A DNA stretch of 64,000 nt from contig CAYPGQ010000014.1 in NCBI GenBank assembly GCA_964410125.1, forward strand, positions 938 through 64,937. The letters run 5' to 3'. The stretch is from an uncultured Eubacteriales bacterium (GTDB taxonomy: Bacteria > Acidobacteriota > Aminicenantia > Aminicenantales > Aminicenantaceae). This document shows, one piece after another, positions 9,485-19,241 of this stretch; position 1 is the stretch's first letter; each line of letters begins with the position of its first letter. The notes under the pieces were generated by a model. The model saw nothing but the letters and a program-made list of their open reading frames with translations, was not told the origin of the DNA and made no database searches. The position numbers were made by a program, and so were the translations under genes.

Positions 9485-11473
9485 TCAACTGCCGAACAGT
9501 GAGAAAAATTCCATTGCATGTTGGAGCCATGCCAGCCATTTTGTCGTCCATTTGATAGGGGCTAGTTTGTTTGGCTTCACAAGATAGCTGTTGTTTGTCC
9601 GGTTTATATCTGCGACTAGTTTGAATTTAGGGTCGACGACAGCTGACTTAACTTTAGAGGACGTTTCATAAGTATATTTTTTCCATCGGTATCGACCATC
9701 CCATATTTCTTTTATCTCAAGACCATCCTCAAACCTGATGAGCACGTCCACAGGGATTTGGACTTCGCCAAGACGCCGGACCAACACTTCGGATTGATAA
9801 AGATCTGTCGGAGGTGCACTCTTTTCACCTTCTATAAATTCATCATTAAACCAGCCCCGCTGTCGTCTTTCTTTTCTGTTCGTGATGTTTCCCAGGGCAT
9901 AATCCAGCTTTCCCGATCCATAGATAAATTGGTCTAAAAACCAGCACATATCCTGTCCGGCAAATTCAGCCACAGTCGCATAAAAATCTTTGGGCCGTGG
10001 ATGTTTGAACCAGTTGCGCTTGGAGTAGTCCTTGATCATCTCGGCAAAAACCTCTTTTCCCATGTATCTTTTCAAGCTCCTCAACATCAGTTCTGCCTTG
10101 GCGTAGGAATTGGCCCCATAGCTGTTTCTGTCCATGAAATTCCAGGTGAAATTCTGCATATTATCAATATTATAGGTTCTCCGATGACGGGAGATTCCGC
10201 TCGATTCGATCGGCATAGAGACGCCTTTGAATACAAAAGGTATGTTGAAATAGGAACGGGAATAAAGAGTACGGCCATAGGCTTCATAATAAACTTCAGA
10301 ATCTAGAAAGGAGGTGAATCCTTCGTCCATCCAGGCATCTTCGAATTCGTTGGTTGCCACCAATCCGAAGAAATAGCCGTGCCCAAACTCATGAATGGTC
10401 ACTCCTTCGGGACGGGATATCCCCTTGCGGCTGAGAAAATATGTTCCTCCTGTGAAAAGAGTCGGGTATTCCATCCCACCGGAACGGCTGTTATAGGCCG
10501 GATCGACGCAGGTGACTGAGGTATAGGGGTAATCGCCGTACCATTGGCTGCAGTACTTAACGGCATTTTTCACTGCATTCATGTATCTGTCCTTGAGATT
10601 TTTGTGGTATGGCTGGAGAAGGATCGTGATCTCTGTGTATTTTCCGGGAGCAAATTCGAAATCCTCGATATATTCCAAGTAATCAGGGCTGGCCGTCCAG
10701 GCAAAGTCATGGACACTGTGCTGGAAAAAATGGTGGGTCGTCGTGCCATCCCTGTTATCGATTTTATCACGGTGTTCTCCGGTAGCACCGATGATATAGG
10801 AGGAAGGAAGAGTAATCCGGACATCATAGGTTCCGAAATCAGCGAAAAAATTTGTCGTGGCGTGGAACTGGTGGCAATTCCAATTTCCCTCATAAAATAC
10901 ACCGATTTTGGGAAACCACTGGGCAATAAAATAATAATCCTTATGTCCGCCTGTCCGGTGAATCGGCCGCGGCACTTTGGAGTGGAAGATGATTTCCAAA
11001 TCGATGGTTTGGCCAGGCTCTATGGGTTTGGGAAGCTCCACAGAAAAAACAGTCTGATCAAGCATGTTATCATCGTCGGGATGGCGGAATAGCATAGTGG
11101 GCATGAGGTTGGCCTCTGGGAAACTCTCATTTCCGACGATTTTTATGGCCTCCACTCGGCAGTAACCCCAATCTTCCTTTTTGTTTTGGCGGACAATTCT
11201 CCCCCATCTCTGTGTCCCTTCCTGTAAAAAATCACTCATGTTATTCTGGAATCCGTTCCAGTAGAGGTGAAACCAGAGTTCATCTGTGGGCATCTTTGAT
11301 GTGTTTGTCCAGGACAATAGTTCTGTGCAGTCTATTGTTTTTACTGTCGTGTCGAGCTCAACATTCATTGAGTAGGATGCGATTTGATCACAGAACGGTT
11401 CTTGCTGAGAAAATAGGGGAGAGGTGATACAAAGAAAAAAAAGTGAACAAACGAATAATGCTGATCTACTCAA
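9485..11473 (-). CDS. M1-family zinc metallopeptidase (aminopeptidase N-like), secreted
   Basis: It has HEFGHGYF (HExxH) followed by WMDEGFTSF. The likely start is a TTG after a GGAGGA SD, which gives a signal peptide. Confidence 0.8.
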   Translation of the reverse strand: MSRSALFVCSLFFLCITSPLFSQQEPFCDQIASYSMNVELDTTVKTIDCTELLSWTNTSKMPTDELWFHLYWNGFQNNMSDFLQEGTQRWGRIVRQNKKEDWGYCRVEAIKIVGNESFPEANLMPTMLFRHPDDDNMLDQTVFSVELPKPIEPGQTIDLEIIFHSKVPRPIHRTGGHKDYYFIAQWFPKIGVFYEGNWNCHQFHATTNFFADFGTYDVRITLPSSYIIGATGEHRDKIDNRDGTTTHHFFQHSVHDFAWTASPDYLEYIEDFEFAPGKYTEITILLQPYHKNLKDRYMNAVKNAVKYCSQWYGDYPYTSVTCVDPAYNSRSGGMEYPTLFTGGTYFLSRKGISRPEGVTIHEFGHGYFFGLVATNEFEDAWMDEGFTSFLDSEVYYEAYGRTLYSRSYFNIPFVFKGVSMPIESSGISRHRRTYNIDNMQNFTWNFMDRNSYGANSYAKAELMLRSLKRYMGKEVFAEMIKDYSKRNWFKHPRPKDFYATVAEFAGQDMCWFLDQFIYGSGKLDYALGNITNRKERRQRGWFNDEFIEGEKSAPPTDLYQSEVLVRRLGEVQIPVDVLIRFEDGLEIKEIWDGRYRWKKYTYETSSKVKSAVVDPKFKLVADINRTNNSYLVKPNKLAPIKWTTKWLAWLQHAMEFFSLFGS

Positions 11474-11591
11474 TAGAATATCCTCCAAATAACGGATGCC
11501 CTATTATAAAATAAATTTAAAAAAAGAAAAATCCATTTTATTGGGCCCATTATTGATTTACGAATCGAGCTATGCTATAAGCTAGCATGAA

Positions 11592-12059
11592 ATGCATTAC
11601 AAAACATATTACAACTCACCGATAGGAATACTAGAAATTAGGGGGACAGAACAGGGAATATCCGGGGTCCATTTTGTGGAGAACAAGAGTGATCCCGATC
11701 CTGCCATTCCATTACCATTAAAGGAATGTGTTCAACAGCTAAATGAGTATTTTACGGGAGATCGAAAGGAATTTTCACTAACATTACTATTAGAGGGAAC
11801 GAACTTCCAGAAAAAAGCGTGGAATCAGCTTATAAAAATTCCTTATGGAAAAACAGCTTCTTACAAAGATATTGCTGTAGCCATCAAGAATAAAAAAGCT
11901 TTCCGTGCGGTGGGTAGCGCCAACGGAAGGAATAATATCGCTATCATCATCCCTTGTCACCGCATTATTGCTCACGATGGGACACTGGGGGGATACGGAG
12001 GGGGATTGTGGAAAAAGGAATGGTTGTTGGATCATGAGCAAAAAAACAGGGGATTTTAG
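11592..12059 (+). CDS. ogt: Methylated-DNA--protein-cysteine methyltransferase
   Basis: It has the active-site IPCHRII motif and a C-terminal GGLxxKxWLL motif. Confidence 0.85.
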   Translation: MHYKTYYNSPIGILEIRGTEQGISGVHFVENKSDPDPAIPLPLKECVQQLNEYFTGDRKEFSLTLLLEGTNFQKKAWNQLIKIPYGKTASYKDIAVAIKNKKAFRAVGSANGRNNIAIIIPCHRIIAHDGTLGGYGGGLWKKEWLLDHEQKNRGF

Positions 12060-12073
12060 CGGGAGGATCATCC

Positions 12074-12409
12074 ATGGCTGCAACGAGCTTTAAGATTGAT
12101 TCTTATTCTGTAAAGATATTTGGAAATGACAGTAAGGGGAGCCGGACAAGATGGGGAGACCGGTGCATTTATTTGTATTCCGAAGGGAAAGAAATCGCTC
12201 AAGCTGTATTCGCAAAACCTGGACACGAAGTACCAGAGCCCTATTTTTCAGAGGGGAAAATATTCTATTTTGCGCGAGGCGATCAATTTGCCGATGTGCT
12301 TAATCTGCTCCGCCATGAAAATCCCGTGTATATTGCATGGGAACCTGTCCATGACCCGAAGGAGCCTGAAGACGGGGACGCGTTTTTTTTCACAGAAACA
12401 AAGAAATAA
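12074..12409 (+). CDS. Hypothetical protein
   Basis: The ORF is tightly spaced after ogt. I recognised no motif. Confidence 0.35.
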   Translation: MAATSFKIDSYSVKIFGNDSKGSRTRWGDRCIYLYSEGKEIAQAVFAKPGHEVPEPYFSEGKIFYFARGDQFADVLNLLRHENPVYIAWEPVHDPKEPEDGDAFFFTETKK

Positions 12410-12423
12410 AGGGCAATATTCCT

Positions 12424-13038
12424 TTGAGAAGATTCTACATTGGCGGCTTGTTATATGATTGGGCGTTGGAATCCCCTCTGAAAAACATAAAAAAACAGGT
12501 AGTACATTTCATCTCACGCTATGAGCTTTATCCTGTGCTGGATATTTGCTGTGGAACAGGTGTGCAGTGTTTTCGGATCATAAGGAACGGAAAGGGTGTG
12601 TATGGGTTGGATTTAGACGTCGGAATGGTCAATTACGCACTCTCGAAATATCCTCATCTTCCGTTCATGTGTGCCGATGCGGCAAACGTCCCAGTAAAAG
12701 ATGCCAGTGTAAGAGGGGCAATCTTATCCTACGCACTTCATGATAAGTTTCCGGAAACACGCAACAAAATGCTCCAGGAAGTAAGGCGGATTTTGAGTCC
12801 CGATGGCAAGATCGTTTTTGTCGATTTTGAACCTCCCTGGAACAAAAAATCACGAATGGCAAGTCTTTATACATACGGTATCGAACGATTGGCTGGCAAG
12901 GAACATTTTGATAATGGCCGTCATTTTTTGAAACAAGGAGGATTAAGGTCCTTTATCCAAAAACATAAGCTCGAGGAAATCGATCGACATGATGTGGAAA
13001 TGGCCCATACCGGCGTCGTTGTAGCCAGGTTCATTTAA
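12424..13038 (+). CDS. Class I SAM-dependent methyltransferase
   Basis: It has motif I VLDICCGTG and post-I/II motifs. The start is a TTG. Confidence 0.7.
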   Translation: MRRFYIGGLLYDWALESPLKNIKKQVVHFISRYELYPVLDICCGTGVQCFRIIRNGKGVYGLDLDVGMVNYALSKYPHLPFMCADAANVPVKDASVRGAILSYALHDKFPETRNKMLQEVRRILSPDGKIVFVDFEPPWNKKSRMASLYTYGIERLAGKEHFDNGRHFLKQGGLRSFIQKHKLEEIDRHDVEMAHTGVVVARFI

Positions 13039-13065
13039 GAAAACTGGATCGAGAGAAGGAATGAA

Positions 13066-13578
13066 TTGAACGCAAGTTATTCGATCTTTACTGAAGTCCA
13101 GAGATTCCGCCAGTGGTGGGTATGTTTATTGATTTTGTTTGTAGCAGGAATCGCCTGGTATGGAGCTGTCCAGCAAATCGTATTAAAAAAGCCTTTTGGA
13201 AACAATCCTGCTCCGGATCCCGTGATGATCATGATCTGGGTTATTTTTGGTGTTTTGTTCCCGATCTTTTTTTATTCCTTGAAACTGGCTACGGATGTCC
13301 GGAATGATGGATTGTATGTGCGGTTTTTTCCTCTCCAATTCCATTCTCATAAAATATCGTACATAGAAATAAAAACATATGAGATCCGAACGTATTCAGC
13401 TTTGAAAGAATATGGGGGCTATGGCATACGGTATGGAAAAAACGGCAAAGCATACAACATAAGTGGCAATAGGGGAGTGCAATTCGAGTTTCTAGATGGA
13501 AAGCGCTTGCTCATAGGAACCCAAAAGCCGGAAGAGTTCATTCAGGCTCTCGATACGGCTTCTGGGAAAAGGGGATAA
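13066..13578 (+). CDS. Membrane protein (hypothetical)
   Basis: It has two N-terminal TM helices followed by a soluble domain. Confidence 0.4.
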   Translation: MNASYSIFTEVQRFRQWWVCLLILFVAGIAWYGAVQQIVLKKPFGNNPAPDPVMIMIWVIFGVLFPIFFYSLKLATDVRNDGLYVRFFPLQFHSHKISYIEIKTYEIRTYSALKEYGGYGIRYGKNGKAYNISGNRGVQFEFLDGKRLLIGTQKPEEFIQALDTASGKRG

Positions 13579-13644
13579 TTAACGCGACCATTATTCAATA
13601 TTTGATTATTCGAATGATATAATATTGTAGAGGAGGTTTTACCA

Positions 13645-15150
13645 ATGAACAGTAAAAAAGTCATCATCATAGGCGCTGGAATTTCAGGTTTATGTGCAGG
13701 TAGCTATCTTCAGATGAATGGTTATGACACGGAAATTTTTGAACTGCACAATGTTTCTGGAGGTTTGTGCACAGCCTGGGAAAGAAAGGGATACACATTC
13801 GATTTCTGTATCCACTGGCTTGTCGGCTCAACTCCTTCTGATAGTTTCTATAGTCTCTGGGATGAACTCATTGACATGGAAAAACTTGAATTTGTAGACT
13901 CTGATATATATTTTCAAATTGAGGACATTGAAGGCCAAGCACTCCGTATATTTACGGATGTAGACAGATTGGAAGAAGAGATGAAGGCAGTTGCACCTGA
14001 AGATAATGATCTCATCGCTGAATTTATCGGGGGAATAAGGAAATTTTTACCTTTTAACATGTCTTTAGATAAGGCCCCAGAAATGATGAACCCGATCGAT
14101 GGATTGAAAATGACGATCAAAATGCTTCCTTATTTCAAAGAATTCAGAAAATGGGAAAAAATTACGGCAAAAGAGTTTGCAAGTAAGTGCAAAAGTCCTC
14201 TGCTCAGGAGAGCTATCTTAGAAATGTTTTTGCCCGAAAGCTCCATATTTTTTCTTCTTATGACACTTGTGAGTATGCATAAGAAATCGGCCGGCTATCC
14301 CATAGGCGGTTCTCTCAATTTTGCTAAGTTGATCGAAGAAAAGTATCTTAATCTCGGAGGAAAAATCCTTTACAACTCAAGAGTAGAAAAGGTCATTGAA
14401 GAAAACGAATGTGCAAAAGGAGTGAAACTTAAGAACGGTGATACCCATATGGCGGATATTGTGATCTCTGCAGCGGATGGATACAGCACAATTTATGAAA
14501 TGTTGGACGGGAAATATATCGATAAAAGAATTCAAGATTATTACAGCGGAAAAAACAAAACACTGAAGGTTTTCCCTTCGCTTGTGTTTGTTTCCCTGGG
14601 AGTGGCAAGAACCTTTGAAAATGAACCTTCGTCACTGGTTTTTCCGCTAAAAAAGCCAATTATTGTGGATGACAGCATTAGTTATAAAAATCTCAGTGTC
14701 AGGATATTCAATTTTGATCCGACTTTCGCGCCTGATGGAAAAACCAGCCTTACTGTGATGTTTGGCACATACAACTATCAATATTGGGTGGATCTCAGAA
14801 AAACCGATATGCAGACATATAGGAAGGAAAAGGAAAGAATTGCAACAGAGGTAATTGAGGTTTTGGAGGAGCGTTTCGGAGACATTAAGTCGAAGGTTGA
14901 GGTAATAGATGTTTCCACTCCTGCATCAATAATCAGATATACAAATAACTGGAGAGGAAGTTTTGAGGGTTGGCAACCAGGGCCAGGAACCATGATGCTT
15001 CAGATGAAAAAAACGCTACCTGGTTTGAAAAATTTTTATTTGATCGGCCAATGGGTTCAACCGGGAGGGGGGCTTCCGCCAGCCTTATTGTCCGGAAGAA
15101 ACGTGGCCCAAATTATTTGCAAGAAGGATGGGAAAAAATTCACCGCTTAA
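13645..15150 (+). CDS. Phytoene desaturase-family NAD(P)/FAD-dependent oxidoreductase
   Basis: It has an N-terminal VIIIGAGISGL fold, CrtI-like length and a C-terminal GQWVQPGGG motif. Confidence 0.7.
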   Translation: MNSKKVIIIGAGISGLCAGSYLQMNGYDTEIFELHNVSGGLCTAWERKGYTFDFCIHWLVGSTPSDSFYSLWDELIDMEKLEFVDSDIYFQIEDIEGQALRIFTDVDRLEEEMKAVAPEDNDLIAEFIGGIRKFLPFNMSLDKAPEMMNPIDGLKMTIKMLPYFKEFRKWEKITAKEFASKCKSPLLRRAILEMFLPESSIFFLLMTLVSMHKKSAGYPIGGSLNFAKLIEEKYLNLGGKILYNSRVEKVIEENECAKGVKLKNGDTHMADIVISAADGYSTIYEMLDGKYIDKRIQDYYSGKNKTLKVFPSLVFVSLGVARTFENEPSSLVFPLKKPIIVDDSISYKNLSVRIFNFDPTFAPDGKTSLTVMFGTYNYQYWVDLRKTDMQTYRKEKERIATEVIEVLEERFGDIKSKVEVIDVSTPASIIRYTNNWRGSFEGWQPGPGTMMLQMKKTLPGLKNFYLIGQWVQPGGGLPPALLSGRNVAQIICKKDGKKFTA

Positions 15151-15187
15151 ATAGGGGACATGTGCCTAAGTTTTTAAGGAGGCCAAA

Positions 15188-15952
15188 ATGAAGGGATTGA
15201 AAGGCAAGCGGATTTTGATTACCGGTGGAGCAATGGGAATCGGAAAAGCCACAGCCAACCGTTTCCTAGAGGAAGGAGCAAAAGTCATCATCATGGACCG
15301 CGATAAAAGCAGTTGCCAGACAATAAAAAAAGAATTGCCGGGACTGGAAGATCCGATCATTGCGGATGTAGCGGATTATGATGGCGTTGTTCATGCGTTC
15401 AAGTTGATAGAGGAGAGAATGAACGGGTTGGATGTGCTTATCAATAACGCAGGCATAAGTATCCGTCAATCATTCCTGGAGATGTCTCGCGAACAATGGC
15501 TTGATGTTATAAACATTAATCTTAATGGCGTTTTTTATGTGGCTCAGCAAGCTGCGCGAAGCATGGCAAGAGAGGAGGGGGGAGTTATCCTTAACATGGG
15601 CTCCACAAATGCTTTGATGGGATATCACCTTTATTCCTCTTATAACGCATCTAAAGCCGGGGTCGTGGAATTCACCCGTAGTTTGGCCTTGGAGCTTGCG
15701 CCAAGAATAAGAGTCAATGCTATCTGTCCTGGTTTTATTCTGACGTCAATGCAGAAAGCAGAATATGCGCCTGACATGATAAAAGAATTCGAAGAAAAAG
15801 TTCCTCTTGGAAGATTAGGAAAACCTGAAGAGGTGGCCTCTCTGTTTGCTTATCTCGCATCAGATGAGGCCAGTTATATTACCGGCCAATGCTTTGTGAT
15901 CGATGGGGGAGAGCTCGCTGGAGGTTTGGCAAGCCAGAAGCCTTTTAATTGA
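15188..15952 (+). CDS. SDR-family oxidoreductase
   Basis: It has TGGAMGIGKA, NNAG and YxxxK (YNASK) motifs. Confidence 0.85.
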   Translation: MKGLKGKRILITGGAMGIGKATANRFLEEGAKVIIMDRDKSSCQTIKKELPGLEDPIIADVADYDGVVHAFKLIEERMNGLDVLINNAGISIRQSFLEMSREQWLDVININLNGVFYVAQQAARSMAREEGGVILNMGSTNALMGYHLYSSYNASKAGVVEFTRSLALELAPRIRVNAICPGFILTSMQKAEYAPDMIKEFEEKVPLGRLGKPEEVASLFAYLASDEASYITGQCFVIDGGELAGGLASQKPFN

Positions 15953-16004
15953 TATTATTGTTGATATTAGGATTCTAATTAGTTGATACTAAACAAATTA
16001 GGTC

Positions 16005-16031
16005 AAAAATGTCGGCATGCCGACATTTTTT
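16005..16031. terminator. Bidirectional rho-independent terminator
   Basis: The sequence AAAAA-TGTCGGCATGCCGACA-TTTTTT is a perfect palindrome. It sits right after the SDR gene, at the left edge of the AT-rich island. Confidence 0.65.
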
Positions 16032-16099
16032 CATTATTTGCTTGCCATTTTCCAATAATTCATATATGTTACAAAAAGCGAAAATACTGGAGTGATAGC

Positions 16100-16882
16100 T
16101 TGATAATTGCCATAACGAATCAAAAAGGAGGAGTTGGAAAAACAACAACTACATTGAATATATCTGCTGCCTTGGCTTTTATGGGAAAAAGCACGCTATT
16201 GGTTGACACTGACCCCCAAGGACACAGCACTATATCTTGTGTGATGGATCCTCTTTCTATGACAAAATCACTATATGATGTATTGATAAAAAGCGAAGAG
16301 AAAATTGAAAACATAATAATGAAATCTACTATTCCAGGTCTCGATGTTGCAATATCCAAAATAGCGATGGCCAAATTGGAACCTTCTTTGTTGGGGGAGA
16401 TCGATGGGCATTATAGGCTAAAAGATACCTTAGAGGGCGTGAAAAAAAAGTACGATTTCATTCTGATCGACACGCCGCCAACATTAGGATTGATTACGCT
16501 GAATTCTCTGGTCGCTGCAGATAAAATATTAATACCTGTTCAGGCATCTTATCTTTCTCTCGAGGGGACGGATGATCTCCTGGAAACGATAGAAAAGGTT
16601 AAAAAAGTCACAAATCCCACACTTGAGATAATTGGAGTGGCTATCACAATGCATGACAAGAGAACTAACATTTCAAAAGATTCTGTCGATAGAATAAAAA
16701 AAGTTTTTGGGCGCAAGGTTTTTCGAACAATTATATCCAAGAGTGTAAAGCTTGAGGAAAGCCCTGCATACAAAGAATCCATTTTTACATTTGCACCATA
16801 TTCTGTAGGTGCAAAACAATACAAAGAACTTTCTGAGGAGATAATCAGACGTGCAAAAGTCAAAAAAAACCGGACTTCCTGA
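16100..16882 (+). CDS. parA: ParA/Soj-family partition ATPase
   Basis: It has the deviant Walker A KGGVGKTT. The probable start is an in-frame TTG at 16100; the upstream part of the ORF looks non-coding. Confidence 0.85.
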   Translation: MIIAITNQKGGVGKTTTTLNISAALAFMGKSTLLVDTDPQGHSTISCVMDPLSMTKSLYDVLIKSEEKIENIIMKSTIPGLDVAISKIAMAKLEPSLLGEIDGHYRLKDTLEGVKKKYDFILIDTPPTLGLITLNSLVAADKILIPVQASYLSLEGTDDLLETIEKVKKVTNPTLEIIGVAITMHDKRTNISKDSVDRIKKVFGRKVFRTIISKSVKLEESPAYKESIFTFAPYSVGAKQYKELSEEIIRRAKVKKNRTS

Positions 16883-17693
16883 TTCGGTAAAAATGAGGCA
16901 TGATACTCACTTTGTGGAGCTAATAACATCTCGGCCTACTGGGCCAAGGGTTCGGATGATTTATATTGATTCAATAGATCCAAATCCCAGGCAAGCACGG
17001 AATGAATTAGGAAATATAGATGAATTAATGTTGTCTATAAAGGAAAGAGGCGTTTTAGAACCAATTCTTGTAAGACCTAAAGCTGGAAGATATGAGATAA
17101 TAGCCGGTGAAAGACGGTATGTGGCATCAAAAAGGGCGGGATTGAAGGAAATGCCCTGTATAGAGATGATAGTGGAAGATAACGAGGCTATGGAAATCGC
17201 TCTTATTGAAAATTTACAGAGAAAAGATCTGGATGTTTTTGAAGAAGCAGATGGATTGAAGGCTTTAGCAGATGTTTATGGATATAATCACGGAGAAATC
17301 GCAAAAAAAATAGGAAAAGCAAGATCTACAATCACAGAGATTATAAATATCTGCAGAATCCCAAAAGAAATAAGAATATTCTGCATCAAAAATAGTATTG
17401 CTAGCCGTAGCACTCTAATTGAAATAGCCAAACAAAAAAATGTTGAGAACATGAAAAGGCTTGTATCGATGATTAAGAGACGAGAGCTGAGCCGCGAAGA
17501 TACACGAGATCTATCGAAAGACCTAAAAGGAATACAGAGAAAACAAAAATACTTTGTTTATAATTTTAAGCCTAAAGAAAAAGATTCATATAGACTTAGA
17601 ATAGAATTTAAGCAAGAAACAGTTAGCAAGGAAGAAATAATTAGAATACTTAATGAAGTGATCAAAAAATTAAAAATTAAAGAAATTGATTGA
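16851..17693 (+). CDS. parB: ParB/Spo0J-family partition protein
   Basis: It has a ParB box (GERRYVASKRAGL) and an HTH (IAKKIGKARSTITEIINI). The GTG start lies behind a GAGGAG SD and overlaps the parA end. Confidence 0.8.
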   Translation: MQKSKKTGLPDSVKMRHDTHFVELITSRPTGPRVRMIYIDSIDPNPRQARNELGNIDELMLSIKERGVLEPILVRPKAGRYEIIAGERRYVASKRAGLKEMPCIEMIVEDNEAMEIALIENLQRKDLDVFEEADGLKALADVYGYNHGEIAKKIGKARSTITEIINICRIPKEIRIFCIKNSIASRSTLIEIAKQKNVENMKRLVSMIKRRELSREDTRDLSKDLKGIQRKQKYFVYNFKPKEKDSYRLRIEFKQETVSKEEIIRILNEVIKKLKIKEID

Positions 17694-17948
17694 ATTGAAT
17701 ATTTACATATCATAATAGTTTACATAATATACCTTATGCGACACAATATTATCCCCGAGTATAAGTAGCTGATAACAAACAAGATGGGGATTTCCTCAGG
17801 CTGTGGATATCTTCTCTGCCCATATTTTGTGCATTTGTGGGAGATGGAAATACAAATCTTTAGCTTTGAATTAATTCATAAATTTTTGTAAACTCTTTAT
17901 TGGTTAGATTGTTTCTATATAGGGAATCAATGAAATTAGGAGATTGCA

Positions 17949-19241
17949 ATGCCGGATAACGTACTAGAAAAATGTAAAATCTCTAACTTGTGGCACCAAA
18001 AAAATGTGGAGATAGAATTTAATGATAATGTAAATTTTCTTATTGGGCCTAATGGTTCAGGAAAAACAACTTTAATTAATTTAATAGTTGCAGCATTATC
18101 TGCTGATCTAAAAGCTTTACTACTTGTCCCCTTTAATAAAATTGAATTAACTCTAAAGGCTATTTCAAAAAGAATAAAGCCAATTATTGAAGTTGAAAAG
18201 AAAGTTGATAAAAAAGGTGGCTCTATTCAAATAATGTTTAAATTACGTGAAACCACTACTGGGCCAGTTGATTTATACGTACTTGAAGATGTTGATGATA
18301 TGCTTAGATATTATTCAGTAAGAAGACGGAGAAGACTTCCACCTGACCAAATACCTGGTACTCAGTCACTTAAGGAAAAATTTGATTCAATTTTTAATTT
18401 ATCGTGGTTATCTATTCATCGCGCGAGATCATTTAGGCGCCTAGAAGATGAAGATTCATATGATTCTACTGTAGATAGTAAATTAGCAGACCTATCAAAT
18501 GAATTTGTGAGATTTTTTTCATCTTTATCTCAACAATCATCTAACGAATTAACCAAGTTTCAAGAATCAGTTTTTGTTTCTATGTTTATGACAAAAGAAA
18601 AATCTTGGTTTGCTGCTTCCTATCAAAAAATGAATCTTGAATCAGAAAAAAATGCACTAATTGAAATATTTAAGGAGTTGAATGTAGGGCCTGACAAATA
18701 CCTAAAAAAAGTTGAAAGTCATTTCTCCAGCTTGAAAAAAGCAATCCGGAATATAGAGAGTAAAGATAAAATAACAGTTACTCCTGATGAATTTGCTACT
18801 TTTGTAACAAATGTAAGGGTGGATTATGTTGTTAGAGAATGGAATAAGTTAAGGAAAAAGCAAGAGGAGATTTTTGAACCAAAAGAGACTTTTCTAATGG
18901 TCTTGAATAGTCTGGTTAGAGATAAGAAGTTTTATATTAATGCAAAAAATGAATTAACAGTTGAATTAGATGACAGTGTTCCATTAGCTCTACATAGGTT
19001 ATCTTCTGGTGAGAAACAGATGATTATAATACTAGGAGAGGCGCTTTTGCAATACCAGTCTCCCTCTATATATATAGCAGATGAACCTGAATTATCTCTC
19101 CACATAGAATGGCAACAATCATTAATTGATAATATTAGAAGCATTAATCCATCTTCACAAATTATTTTTGCAACTCATTCCCCTGATATTGTTGGGAAAT
19201 ACAGTTCAAATGTCATTGATGTAGAGGAAATAATCAAATGA
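17949..19241 (+). CDS. ABC/SMC-type ATPase, AriA-like (PARIS/AbiL-type)
   Basis: It has Walker A GPNGSGKTT, signature LSSGEKQ, Walker B IYIADEPELSLH and H-loop ATHSPD. There is a helical insertion between the ATPase lobes. Confidence 0.6.
   Translation: MPDNVLEKCKISNLWHQKNVEIEFNDNVNFLIGPNGSGKTTLINLIVAALSADLKALLLVPFNKIELTLKAISKRIKPIIEVEKKVDKKGGSIQIMFKLRETTTGPVDLYVLEDVDDMLRYYSVRRRRRLPPDQIPGTQSLKEKFDSIFNLSWLSIHRARSFRRLEDEDSYDSTVDSKLADLSNEFVRFFSSLSQQSSNELTKFQESVFVSMFMTKEKSWFAASYQKMNLESEKNALIEIFKELNVGPDKYLKKVESHFSSLKKAIRNIESKDKITVTPDEFATFVTNVRVDYVVREWNKLRKKQEEIFEPKETFLMVLNSLVRDKKFYINAKNELTVELDDSVPLALHRLSSGEKQMIIILGEALLQYQSPSIYIADEPELSLHIEWQQSLIDNIRSINPSSQIIFATHSPDIVGKYSSNVIDVEEIIK

Noticed and set aside
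10544-11092. Long antisense ORFs inside large genes (also e.g. 45300..45782, 50967..51356, 37526..38059, 20548..21075).
   Set aside because: They lie fully within, and opposite to, genes with strong motif support, and they have no motifs or SD. They are shadow ORFs.
17694-17948. I searched the regions flanking parAB for a parS-like palindrome (TGTTNCACGTGAAACA).
   Set aside because: I found no convincing match by eye, so I cannot claim a centromere site.
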